A DNA stretch of 64,000 nt, from positions 2,373 to 66,372 of the forward strand of contig JAYEIQ010000016.1 of assembly GCA_034660175.1 (NCBI GenBank), given 5' to 3'. The translations under genes and the position numbers were made by a program. Shown here piece after piece: positions 30,588 through 38,968 of the stretch. Under the pieces are notes generated by a model. It searched no databases. It saw only the letters and a program-made list of their open reading frames with translations, and was not told the origin of the DNA. Position 1 is the first letter of the stretch, and each line of letters begins with the position of its first letter. The DNA is from Patescibacteria group bacterium. GTDB lineage: Bacteria > Patescibacteriota > Minisyncoccia > Moranbacterales > DUUL01.

Positions 30588-30893
30588 ATGAAGATAGTTA
30601 AAGGAGACAACGTAAAAATATTGTGTGGTAAGGACCGAGGCAAGACTGGCAAAGTTCTTCGTGCAATTCCATCAGAAGGAAAAATTGTGGTTGAGAAAGT
30701 CAATGTTGTAAAAAAACACAGAAAAGGCAGAGATCAAAGACAAAAAAGTGAAAGAATTTCAATACCAGCTCCAATCAGAGTTTCAAATGTTCAGCTGATT
30801 TGTTCGAAATGTGGGAAGTCAACAAGAATCGGTTCGAAGGAAATTGAAGGGAAGAAAGTGAGAGCGTGTAAGAAATGTGGTGCAGAAGCATAA
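30588..30893 (+). CDS. rplX: 50S ribosomal protein L24
   Basis: KOW motif GD.V....GKDRGKTGKV, API.VSNV. Confidence 0.97.
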   Translation: MKIVKGDNVKILCGKDRGKTGKVLRAIPSEGKIVVEKVNVVKKHRKGRDQRQKSERISIPAPIRVSNVQLICSKCGKSTRIGSKEIEGKKVRACKKCGAEA

Positions 30894-30941
30894 ATTGATT
30901 AATAAATAGGAAGTTACTCAAAGATATTTTCAAGAAAAAAG

Positions 30942-31487
30942 ATGAATAAATTGCAGAAAAAATATATTGAAGAAGTGAAGCCTCAGATGATGAAGGAGTT
31001 TGGACTTGACAACCTAATGGCTGTTCCTATGATTGAAAAAGTTTCAATCAATGTTGGTTTGTCTCGAGCGGAGTCAGATCCGAATTTCAAAAAAGATGTT
31101 GTTTCAGATATCAAAATGATAACTGGACAAGCACCTGTTGCCTCTAGAGCGAAGAAAGCTATTTCAGGATTCAAGATCAGAGAAGGACAAGAGATTGGAA
31201 TAATGGTCACTTTGAGGAACGGAAGAATGTGGGATTTTATTTATAAGTTGATTTCTGCCACGATCCCAAGAATTAAAGATTTTCAAGGACTTGATCAGAA
31301 AAGTTTTGATAAGCAAGGAAATTTGAGCATAGGAATCAAAGAGCAATTGATTTTTCCAGAAATTTCTCCAGATGATGTCAGCACGATTTTTGGTTTGCAA
31401 GTGAATATTGCAACTACAGCGCAGAGTAGGGAAGAAGGAATGAAAGTATTCAAATTGCTGGGTTTTCCAATTAAGGAAGACAAATAG
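30942..31487 (+). CDS. rplE: 50S ribosomal protein L5
   Basis: ITGQAP, FKIREG, IPRIKDFQG, IFPEI. Confidence 0.98.
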   Translation: MNKLQKKYIEEVKPQMMKEFGLDNLMAVPMIEKVSINVGLSRAESDPNFKKDVVSDIKMITGQAPVASRAKKAISGFKIREGQEIGIMVTLRNGRMWDFIYKLISATIPRIKDFQGLDQKSFDKQGNLSIGIKEQLIFPEISPDDVSTIFGLQVNIATTAQSREEGMKVFKLLGFPIKEDK

Positions 31488-31535
31488 TTTACAGATTGAA
31501 GATAATTATACATTAAGTATTAGTTTTATCCATTT

Positions 31536-31928
31536 ATGAGTGTCGATCAAATTGCAGACATGTTAACCAGAATCAGAAACGCACAGTGCGCAGGAAAGCA
31601 TGATGTTTCAATGCCAGCATCTAATTTTAAGATTGCCTTGGCTAAGTTATTCCAGAAAAATGGATATATTGATGAGGTGTCAATTTTTTCAGAAGGAAAT
31701 AAGAAATATTTGCGATTGAGATTGCGATATGTTGACAGAGAACCTGCGATCAAAGGAATTCGAAGAGTGAGTCGACAAGGACAAAGAATCTATATTGGGA
31801 AGAACAAGATCCCGCGAGTGAGAAATGGATATGGCATTGCAGTTATCTCGACTTCGCAAGGAGTTTTGACTGATGATGAGGCTCGTAAGGAAGGACTTGG
31901 AGGAGAGATGATTTGTGAAATGTGGTAA
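31536..31928 (+). CDS. rpsH: 30S ribosomal protein S8
   Basis: DQIADMLTRIRNA, ISTSQG, GLGGE. Confidence 0.98.
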   Translation: MSVDQIADMLTRIRNAQCAGKHDVSMPASNFKIALAKLFQKNGYIDEVSIFSEGNKKYLRLRLRYVDREPAIKGIRRVSRQGQRIYIGKNKIPRVRNGYGIAVISTSQGVLTDDEARKEGLGGEMICEMW

Positions 31929-31965
31929 TCACAATTTTGATTATATAAATTACTAGCAACTATAC

Positions 31966-32151
31966 ATGGCAAAGAAATCAGTAATAGCAAGATCAGAAAA
32001 GAAGCCAAAATTTTCAACAAGAAGTGTTCGTCGATGTTGGAAATGTGGTCGAAAGCATGGGTACATGCGTGATTTTGGATTGTGCCGAATTTGCTTCAGG
32101 GAACTGGCATCAAAGGGTTCAATTCCTGGAGTCAGAAGATCAAGCTGGTAA
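31966..32151 (+). CDS. rpsN: 30S ribosomal protein S14, Zn-binding type Z
   Basis: RCWKCGR...[17 protein letters not shown]. Confidence 0.97.
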   Translation: MAKKSVIARSEKKPKFSTRSVRRCWKCGRKHGYMRDFGLCRICFRELASKGSIPGVRRSSW

Positions 32152-32185
32152 GAACAAGTTTAAGTAATTATTTTCATTTAGATAA

Positions 32186-32728
32186 ATGTCAAGAATTGGC
32201 AAACAACCCATTGAGATTCCAAACGATGTTACTATTTCAATAGATGATCGTAACGTTCAGGTTAAAGGGCCGAAAGGAACTCTGGATTTCAGCGCGAGCT
32301 ATGAAGTTGAGTTGAGCGTTGAAAAGAATCAATTGATCGTGAAAAAGATCGGAAAAACAAAGAATGCTCCAGCGTTTTGGGGAACAACCAGGGCCAGCAT
32401 TCAAAACATGGTCGAAGGAGTGACCAATGGTTTCAAGAAAGAACTCGAGTTGCACGGTGTTGGATATAAAATGGCAGTGCAAGGAAATAAGCTTGTGCTA
32501 AACCTGGGTTATTCACACCCAATTGAGATGGAAATTTTTGAAGGATTAAATGTGAGCATCGACAACAATGTTTTGACTGTTGAAGGAATTGATAAACAGC
32601 AAGTCGGAGAATTTGCTGCGGTTGTGAGATCAAAGAGAAAAGTTGAGCCGTACAAAGGAAAAGGATTTCGATATGTAGGAGAACAATTTATTAAGAAGGA
32701 AGGAAAAAGAGCTGTTGCGGCAGAATAA
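32186..32728 (+). CDS. rplF: 50S ribosomal protein L6
   Basis: MSRIGKQPI, EPYKGKG. Confidence 0.98.
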   Translation: MSRIGKQPIEIPNDVTISIDDRNVQVKGPKGTLDFSASYEVELSVEKNQLIVKKIGKTKNAPAFWGTTRASIQNMVEGVTNGFKKELELHGVGYKMAVQGNKLVLNLGYSHPIEMEIFEGLNVSIDNNVLTVEGIDKQQVGEFAAVVRSKRKVEPYKGKGFRYVGEQFIKKEGKRAVAAE

Positions 32729-32756
32729 AAGTGTTTAGAGATTATTAAATAATGTT

Positions 32757-33107
32757 ATGAAAAGTAAAAGTAGAAATATTTCAAGATTGCATCGAAAGCG
32801 TCGAATACGCGCGAAAATTTTTGGTAACGCAAAGATTCCTCGACTGTGTGTATTCAGAAGTAGTAGAGAAATTTCAGTGCAATTAATAGATGATGAGAAA
32901 GGAAAGACTTTGGTAGCTGCCTATTCAGGGGATGTGAAAGGAAAAGTTTTTGATGTGAAGGTCGCAAACGAGGTTGGAAAGAAGGTTGCTCAGGAAGCTT
33001 CAAAAAAGGGAATAAAAGAAGTTGTTTTTGATAGAGGTGGATATAAATATCATGGTAAAGTGAAAGAGTTGGCTGAGGGTGCAAGAAAAGAAGGTCTCAA
33101 ATTCTAA
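32757..33107 (+). CDS. rplR: 50S ribosomal protein L18
   Basis: PRLCVFRS, FDRGGYKYHGKV. Confidence 0.98.
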   Translation: MKSKSRNISRLHRKRRIRAKIFGNAKIPRLCVFRSSREISVQLIDDEKGKTLVAAYSGDVKGKVFDVKVANEVGKKVAQEASKKGIKEVVFDRGGYKYHGKVKELAEGARKEGLKF

Positions 33108-33152
33108 GAGACAACTAACATCAAACAGTAAACAGTAAATGGCATAAGATTT

Positions 33153-33770
33153 ATGGCAACAGAAGAAAACAAGAATCAAAAAGGCGGACCAAGAGGGAAG
33201 AGAAGGTTTTTCAAAAGAGATAAGCCTGACTTTGAGCAGAAGCTTTTGGATTTGGCTCGAGTTACTCGTGTCGTTAAAGGTGGTCGCAGATTCTCTTTTC
33301 GAGCTGCAATGGTGATTGGAAACAGAAAAGGAAAGGTTGGATTTGGTGTTGCAAAGGGATCAGATGTCTCAAATGCCATTGGGAAGGCTGTTGCAAATGC
33401 GAAAAAGAGAATGCTTGTTGTGAAAAGAACGAACACCACAATCGGATTTGATGTTCGAAAGAAAGTTGGTGCTGCAAAGGTTTTGATCAAACCAGCGAAA
33501 GAAGGAAGGGGAATTGTTGCTGGTGGTGCAATGCGGGCAGTACTTGAATTGGCTGGAGTCAAAGACGTGGTTGCAAAATCTCTTGGGACATCAAGCAAGA
33601 TAAATGTTGCTCGAGCAACATTGGTTGCACTTGAAGAATTGAACATGAAGATGGTCAAAGAGAAAGAAGTAAGAGTGGTTGACAAGAAAGTTGAAAAAAA
33701 AGAGGACAAAAATGATGAGGAAAAAGGAGATGAGAAAAAGATCGAAAGCCAAAAAAAGGAGAATAAGTAA
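33153..33770 (+). CDS. rpsE: 30S ribosomal protein S5 (charged C-terminal tail)
   Basis: RVTRVVKGGRRFSFRA, AGGAMRAVLELAG. Confidence 0.98.
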   Translation: MATEENKNQKGGPRGKRRFFKRDKPDFEQKLLDLARVTRVVKGGRRFSFRAAMVIGNRKGKVGFGVAKGSDVSNAIGKAVANAKKRMLVVKRTNTTIGFDVRKKVGAAKVLIKPAKEGRGIVAGGAMRAVLELAGVKDVVAKSLGTSSKINVARATLVALEELNMKMVKEKEVRVVDKKVEKKEDKNDEEKGDEKKIESQKKENK

Positions 33771-33804
33771 GAGAAATAATTAAGTTATCAAATAAAGTTT
33801 TCTT

Positions 33805-34230
33805 ATGCAGATTCACGAACTTAAAAAAACAACGAAAAAACAGCGAAAAAGAGTTGGAAGAGGTGGCAAAAAAGGCACATATAGTGGAGCGGGAATGAAA
33901 GGCCAAAAATCAAGAGCTGGATATTCAAAACGAGCCACTTTCGAAGGTGGAAAATCAACAATTGTTGCTCGAACAAAGAAAGTCAGAGGTTTCAAGTCTC
34001 TCAAAGTTGGATTTCAGGTTGTCAATCTCGATCTGATTGAGAAAAAGTTTAATAATGGAGACGAGGTCAATCCGGAAACGCTCAAAAAAGTTGGTGCAGT
34101 GAAGAAGGTCTATCAGCCAATCAAAATTCTTTCTGTTGGAAAAATCAGCAAAAAACTCACTTTCAAAGATCTAACTTTTTCTGAGGTCGCAAAAAAGAAA
34201 ATCGAAAAAGCTGGCGGAAGTATTGAATAG
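33805..34230 (+). CDS. rplO: 50S ribosomal protein L15
   Basis: RVGRGGKKG.YSG.G.KGQKSR, FEGG, KIEKAGG. Confidence 0.97.
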   Translation: MQIHELKKTTKKQRKRVGRGGKKGTYSGAGMKGQKSRAGYSKRATFEGGKSTIVARTKKVRGFKSLKVGFQVVNLDLIEKKFNNGDEVNPETLKKVGAVKKVYQPIKILSVGKISKKLTFKDLTFSEVAKKKIEKAGGSIE

Positions 34231-34273
34231 ATTTTAGCGATTGTGATATTGTATCGATAAAAAACAAAGTAGC

Positions 34274-35545
34274 ATGGTCAATAAAATTCTTCAGATCTTC
34301 AAAGTCAAAGAACTTCGTGGCAAGATATTCTATATTTTTGGTATCTTGGTTATTTTTCGTTTGGCGGCGAATGTCCCAATTCCTGGTGTTGACGTTTCTC
34401 AGCTAAAAGATTTTTTTGAAGGGAACCAATTGTTTGGGTTCCTTGATTTGTTTTCTGGGGGAGGTCTGAGAAACATCTCTATTGTCATGCTCGGTGTTGG
34501 TCCATATATCACAGCTTCAATTGTGATGCAGCTACTCACCATGATCTTTCCAAAACTTGAACAGTTATATAAAGAGGAAGGTGAGGCAGGACGGCAAAAA
34601 TTCAACATGTGGACCAGATTCATAACTGTTCCATTCGCAATGTTGCAAACATTTGCTATGGTCTCTCTCTTTAAAAGTCAAGGAATTTTGACTGATTTGT
34701 CTGTTTTTAATTATGTTACAATTGTTGTGACAGCAACTGCTGGAACAATATTCTTGATGTGGCTTGGTGAATTGATTACTGAAAAAGGAATTGGAAATGG
34801 TGTTTCAATGCTCATTTTTGCTGGTATTGTTTCAGCATTGCCAGACACAATCAAGCAACTCGTAGTGACATGGAATCCAACACAAGCGCTCACGTATCTT
34901 GGTTTCGGAGTAATGGTTGTTGTATCAATTGCTGGAATTGTGATTGTGAATGAAGGACAAAGAAACATTCCTATTTCTTTTGCAAGAAGAATCAGAGGAG
35001 GAAAGACTTCTGGTGGATCAAAGACTCATTTGCCTTTACGTGTAAACCAGGCGGGAGTGATTCCAATCATTTTTGCAATGTCGATTATGCTTTTTCCTGG
35101 AATAATTGCAAATTTCTTGGCAGGTGTTGAGAATTCGACTCTTGCTGGCATTGGGAGCACTGTTGCAGATTTGTTTGCAGATCAAACTTTCTATGGTGGT
35201 GTGTATTTTGCTCTGGTTGTGTTGTTCACGTATTTCTATACGGCTGTTACTTTTGATCCAAAAAATGTTGCAGAGAGTTTGCAACGACAAGGAGGTTTTA
35301 TCTCAGGAATTCGACCTGGAACACCAACGATGGAATACTTGAATCGAATTGTTAATCGAATCACTTTGACTGGAGCAATATTTTTGGGATTAGTAGCAGT
35401 TTTGCCATTCATTGTTCAGGCGATCACCGGCATTCAAGCGCTGACAATTGGTGGAACTGGAATTTTGATTGTAGTTTCGGTTGTGATCGAAACCATGAAA
35501 CAGATTGAGGCACAGTTGGTGATGAGAGACTATGATGGATTTTAG
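34274..35545 (+). CDS. secY: Preprotein translocase subunit SecY
   Basis: LGVGPYITASI, GIGNGVS, AGVIPIIFA, GIRPG, GGTGILI. Confidence 0.98.
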   Translation: MVNKILQIFKVKELRGKIFYIFGILVIFRLAANVPIPGVDVSQLKDFFEGNQLFGFLDLFSGGGLRNISIVMLGVGPYITASIVMQLLTMIFPKLEQLYKEEGEAGRQKFNMWTRFITVPFAMLQTFAMVSLFKSQGILTDLSVFNYVTIVVTATAGTIFLMWLGELITEKGIGNGVSMLIFAGIVSALPDTIKQLVVTWNPTQALTYLGFGVMVVVSIAGIVIVNEGQRNIPISFARRIRGGKTSGGSKTHLPLRVNQAGVIPIIFAMSIMLFPGIIANFLAGVENSTLAGIGSTVADLFADQTFYGGVYFALVVLFTYFYTAVTFDPKNVAESLQRQGGFISGIRPGTPTMEYLNRIVNRITLTGAIFLGLVAVLPFIVQAITGIQALTIGGTGILIVVSVVIETMKQIEAQLVMRDYDGF

Positions 35546-35553
35546 TTATTGAT

Positions 35554-35626
35554 GCGGGTGTCGTATAATGGTTTATTATATCAGCCTTCCAAGCTGAGGA
35601 TGGCGGTTCGATTCCGCTCACCCGCT
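35554..35626 (+). tRNA. tRNA-Gly (anticodon TCC), CCA not encoded
   Basis: GCGGGTG/CACCCGC acceptor stem, TCAGC-CTTCCAA-GCTGA anticodon arm, GGTTCGATTCC. Confidence 0.95.
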
Positions 35627-35633
35627 CAGTTAT

Positions 35634-35667
35634 AAAGCAAGATCCACAATAGGTGGGTTTTGTTTTT
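35634..35667 (+). terminator. Terminator of the S10-spc-tRNA-Gly transcript
   Basis: AAAGCAAGATCCAC-AATAG-GTGGGTTTTGTTTTT. Confidence 0.7.
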
Positions 35668-35843
35668 AGTATTCACATAAGAGTATTTAAATGTTATTCT
35701 TTCACGTTAGAGTATTTTGACAATATATATTGATTTTCAATCTATCATAAATTAAGCAAATATAAGAAGAGGAGGAAAAAGACCATGGGAAAGGTCATCA
35801 GAAGTGATGATGTTGGCACTGTTGACGAGGTCTTTTTGAATCC

Positions 35844-35923
35844 AAAAAATAACGGGAATTGACTGATTCGTCAATTCCCGTTGAGGAGAGGAGGTATCGA
35901 AGATGGTTTAATCTTCAATACCC
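35844..35923 (-). ncRNA. Candidate sRNA-1 (5' hairpin, ACCUCCUCUCCUC, terminator)
   Basis: Promoter TTGACA(35955-50)-N16-TAGAAT(35933-28); 12-bp 5' hairpin; perfect 13-bp hairpin 35851-35882 followed by A-U6. Confidence 0.6.
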
Positions 35924-35984
35924 TGTCATTCTATCCTAATTTGATTATTTGTCAATATACAAAGAGAGTTTTCTGTTCTCAATA

Positions 35985-36050
35985 AAAAATGGGGTCGACA
36001 CGTTTGTCGACCCCTTCGTTATGGAGGTGTGATAATGTTGTTCTTTATCA
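35985..36050 (-). ncRNA. Candidate sRNA-2 (5' hairpin, CACCUCC, terminator)
   Basis: Promoter TTGACA(36085-80)-N18-TATTAT(36061-56); UGAUAA/UUAUCA hairpin; perfect 10-bp GGGGUCGACA hairpin followed by A-U5. Confidence 0.5.
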
Positions 36051-36161
36051 TCTACATAATACAATACGGAGTTGTGAACTGTCAAATGTTCTGGATTTTT
36101 AATCTTGAAAATGTTAGGATTCAAGCAGTAAGCAACTTTCATAAAAAGTGAGCATTAACAC

Positions 36162-36782
36162 ATGAAAAAAATAACGATATTTGTTTTGGCAGTATTTCTT
36201 GTTTTGGTGTTGACTGGATGCTCGAAGAAACAACAAGGACAGAATACAAGTGGTGGTTCTGGCGAACAAACGTCAAAGCAAGAACAGAAGAAAGAGGGGA
36301 GCTCAATAATCGAAGACATTAAGGATGCTATGAGTTCTGGAAAGAAGATGAAGTGTACTTATACCGTCACTCAGGGTGAAAACGTGATGCAGTCAGAAGC
36401 TTTTGTTGAGGGCGATAGATATAAGGTAACGACAACTTTTAACGGGCAAGGCACGAAAATGATTTTTGACGGTAAAGACACTTATACCTGGACAGATCAA
36501 TCCAAGCAGGGAATGAAAATGACCACAGAATGTATGGAAAATATTGTCGAAGATGTTGAAGATACTGCAGGGGAAATGGAAGAAGATGAAAATTTTCACG
36601 CAGAGAATCCATTTGAGAATGCCGTTGATGTGAAGTGCGAGAAGGTTGGATCGATTGACTTTTCAATTCCATCTGACGTTGAGTTTGTTGATCAATGTGA
36701 ATTGATGAAGAATCAAGAAAAGCAGATGGAAGAAATGATGAAATCAATGTCGCAGGGAATAGATGTGCCTGTCATGCAATAG
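36162..36782 (+). CDS. Hypothetical lipoprotein
   Basis: Lipobox LTG-C after a hydrophobic signal. Confidence 0.8.
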   Translation: MKKITIFVLAVFLVLVLTGCSKKQQGQNTSGGSGEQTSKQEQKKEGSSIIEDIKDAMSSGKKMKCTYTVTQGENVMQSEAFVEGDRYKVTTTFNGQGTKMIFDGKDTYTWTDQSKQGMKMTTECMENIVEDVEDTAGEMEEDENFHAENPFENAVDVKCEKVGSIDFSIPSDVEFVDQCELMKNQEKQMEEMMKSMSQGIDVPVMQ

Positions 36783-36787
36783 ACAAA

Positions 36788-37222
36788 ATGAAACACACAT
36801 TTCTCTCCAAAACGAAAATTCCAAATAAAATTCCAAAGAACATGAGGAGGGTTGTTGAGAGATTGAAAAAAGCCAAAAATCAGAAGCAGTGCTTGAGGAT
36901 GGCTCACGAAGCCATGTCTCAGAGGTATTTTGGTCGTCACATGAGAACTATTACTCATCCGTTGCCAATCTTTTCAATGGATGCTTCAAAGCTTTGGAAC
37001 ACAAAAGGGTTCATGCATTGTCATAATATAAACTGGCTTTTGAGGATTTTGCTTGTTAAAAGTGGGTTCTTCAAAAATAGAAATATTGTGAATCACTGGA
37101 CTGTTGTTTGGGTCACATCTCCGCATCAATATTTGCGTATTAAAATGGATGATGGGGTTTGTGTTAATGTCGATGTCTGGGGAGCAACTTTTGGAGTGAA
37201 GCTTGGACAACACGCGAAATAG
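36788..37222 (+). CDS. Hypothetical protein, transglutaminase-like Cys-His-Asp fold
   Basis: MHCH..NWLL, SPHQYL, VDVW spacing. Confidence 0.6.
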   Translation: MKHTFLSKTKIPNKIPKNMRRVVERLKKAKNQKQCLRMAHEAMSQRYFGRHMRTITHPLPIFSMDASKLWNTKGFMHCHNINWLLRILLVKSGFFKNRNIVNHWTVVWVTSPHQYLRIKMDDGVCVNVDVWGATFGVKLGQHAK

Positions 37223-37234
37223 TTAAGAATTGTT

Positions 37235-37870
37235 TTGGCTAATTTCAAAACACACATCTGGTGGGGTGGGATTATTGGTGTCGGCATTTTGGTTGCCGGG
37301 CTTTTGACTTCGATCATATCGGGTGCAGAGACAATGGTGTGGATATTTCTTGCTGTTTTGGTCGGCTCTTTTTTGCCGGACTTGGATATTGATGAAGGTG
37401 TGCCATTTCAGATCTTGTTTGGTCTTTTAGCAGCAGGTTTGGCTGGAATGGTTTTCTTTAATTTCTATCAAGATGGAACGCGGGATCTCAAAATCTTGAT
37501 CCTGCTTCCTGTTTTGACTTTCGTGATTGTTCGTTTTGTGATTGGGAGAGTTTTTGAACGTTTCACTCATCATCGTGGTATGTTTCATTCAATTCCATCT
37601 GCAGCACTTGCGGGTGTCTTGGCTTGTTGGGCATTGAATTTTTTTGATATCAATCAAAAGCTTTGTGTGTTGGCGGGATTTGCTGTGGGAATTGGATATT
37701 TGGGACATTTGATTTTGGATGAAATCTACTCGACAATCAATTTTCATGGGTTGAAATTTTCTCCCAAGAAATCACTTGGTAGTGCAATGAAGTTCTGGTC
37801 TTCATCTCGTTTGGCAACAATCTTTGTTTATTTGGCGCTATTGGTATCATTGATTGTTTTTAATAGTTGA
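37235..37870 (+). CDS. Metal-dependent membrane hydrolase (YdjM family)
   Basis: KTH, GSFLPDLD, HRGMFHS, GHLILD. Confidence 0.88.
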   Translation: MANFKTHIWWGGIIGVGILVAGLLTSIISGAETMVWIFLAVLVGSFLPDLDIDEGVPFQILFGLLAAGLAGMVFFNFYQDGTRDLKILILLPVLTFVIVRFVIGRVFERFTHHRGMFHSIPSAALAGVLACWALNFFDINQKLCVLAGFAVGIGYLGHLILDEIYSTINFHGLKFSPKKSLGSAMKFWSSSRLATIFVYLALLVSLIVFNS

Positions 37871-37885
37871 TATTCTGATGGAATA

Positions 37886-37914
37886 AAAAAATACCCATTT
37901 AAATGGGTATTTTT
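37886..37914. terminator. Bidirectional terminator between convergent genes
   Basis: Perfect palindrome AAAAATACCCATTTAAATGGGTATTTTT. Confidence 0.75.
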
Positions 37915-37926
37915 GTCGGAGTTTTT

Positions 37927-38610
37927 TTATCTCGCAAGATGAAATAGAATTCCAAAGAAATGTGCGGTGCTACCACCAAGCACAAAAAGATGCCAGATTG
38001 CGTGGTGAAATGGAAGGCTTTTCCAACTGAGAAAAACAAGACCCAACATATAGCTAGCGCCTCCGATCAAAAGCCAAGTGATCAGCCCAATTGGAAGTGT
38101 TTCCAACATTGGCTTCGCAGCGATTAGAATGATCCAGCCCATGACAACATACAGTACCGACAGAACTAATTCAATTTTTTGTGGAAAAATTATTCTGAGA
38201 ATAATTCCGATCAAGGCCAATCCCCAAACCACTCCAAATAAGGACCATCCCCAACCATTTCGCATCAAAATCAGAGCGATTGGAGTGTAGGTTCCCGCAA
38301 TTAAAAGAAAAATTCCCGAGTAGTCACATGTTCGAAAAAAATTAACCAATCGCTCGTCCTTGAAACCATGAAAGAGAGTGGATGAGAAATATAAAAAAAT
38401 CAGTGTTGCACCAAAAATGCTGAAACTGACAACATGCCAAGCCGTTCCATTGATTGAACCAAACACAATTAGAAGAACCAAGGCTGCAATGCTCAAACCA
38501 ACACCAATTCCATGGATGATGCTGTTGGCAACATCTTCTTTTCTGCTTTGATGTTGCAGTGAAGAAATGTGCACTTCTATGACAGCCAGTTTTTCTTTCA
38601 GTTTTTTCAT
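37927..38610 (-). CDS. Hemolysin III (PAQR/TrhA) family membrane protein
   Basis: ANSIIHG, SSTLFH, DYSGIFLLIAGTYTP, HAIWHLFVLGG. Confidence 0.92.
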   Translation of the reverse strand: MKKLKEKLAVIEVHISSLQHQSRKEDVANSIIHGIGVGLSIAALVLLIVFGSINGTAWHVVSFSIFGATLIFLYFSSTLFHGFKDERLVNFFRTCDYSGIFLLIAGTYTPIALILMRNGWGWSLFGVVWGLALIGIILRIIFPQKIELVLSVLYVVMGWIILIAAKPMLETLPIGLITWLLIGGASYMLGLVFLSWKSLPFHHAIWHLFVLGGSTAHFFGILFHLAR

Positions 38611-38799
38611 TTTTAATCTCAAAAATATAGATTATTTCTATGATAACTCTCAATCTCATATACGTCCAATGAAGTGTGTAAAGTTGGACATTGATGCTAA
38701 AAATTGCGATAATGGAGCTTTATTACAAGATAAGCATGTTCTTTTAGGCTAAGTGTAAACGTTTTATTGCTCAAAACAGACCAACATGGAGGGAGAATT

Positions 38800-38913
38800 A
38801 TGATGAAAAGAGAAATAATCTTGGTGCTGGTTTTGTTTTCAGTTTTGCTCTCAATTTCTTGTGAAAGAAAGCTGGTTTATCTGGAGTCGACATTAAATCG
38901 TTCTTGTGTGTGA
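38800..38913 (+). CDS. Small lipoprotein-like ORF (37 aa), possibly a truncated remnant
   Basis: GGAGGG SD; MMKREIILVLVLFSVLLSIS-C signal peptide with lipobox-like Cys. Confidence 0.45.
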   Translation: MMKREIILVLVLFSVLLSISCERKLVYLESTLNRSCV

Positions 38914-38968
38914 AAGAGTTAGTTGTTTTGCAGAAACATGAAGAATTTATGGGTGGACTTCCTTTTTC

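Noticed and set aside
23684-33709. Long antisense ORFs over r-protein genes (e.g. 25710-26258, 33176-33709)
   Set aside because: Shadow frames of Lys/Glu-rich sense genes
35554-35626. Non-proteinogenic tRNA-Gly dedicated to the FemABX enzyme
   Set aside because: D-loop GG and T-loop TTC are intact, and the gene is co-transcribed with r-protein genes
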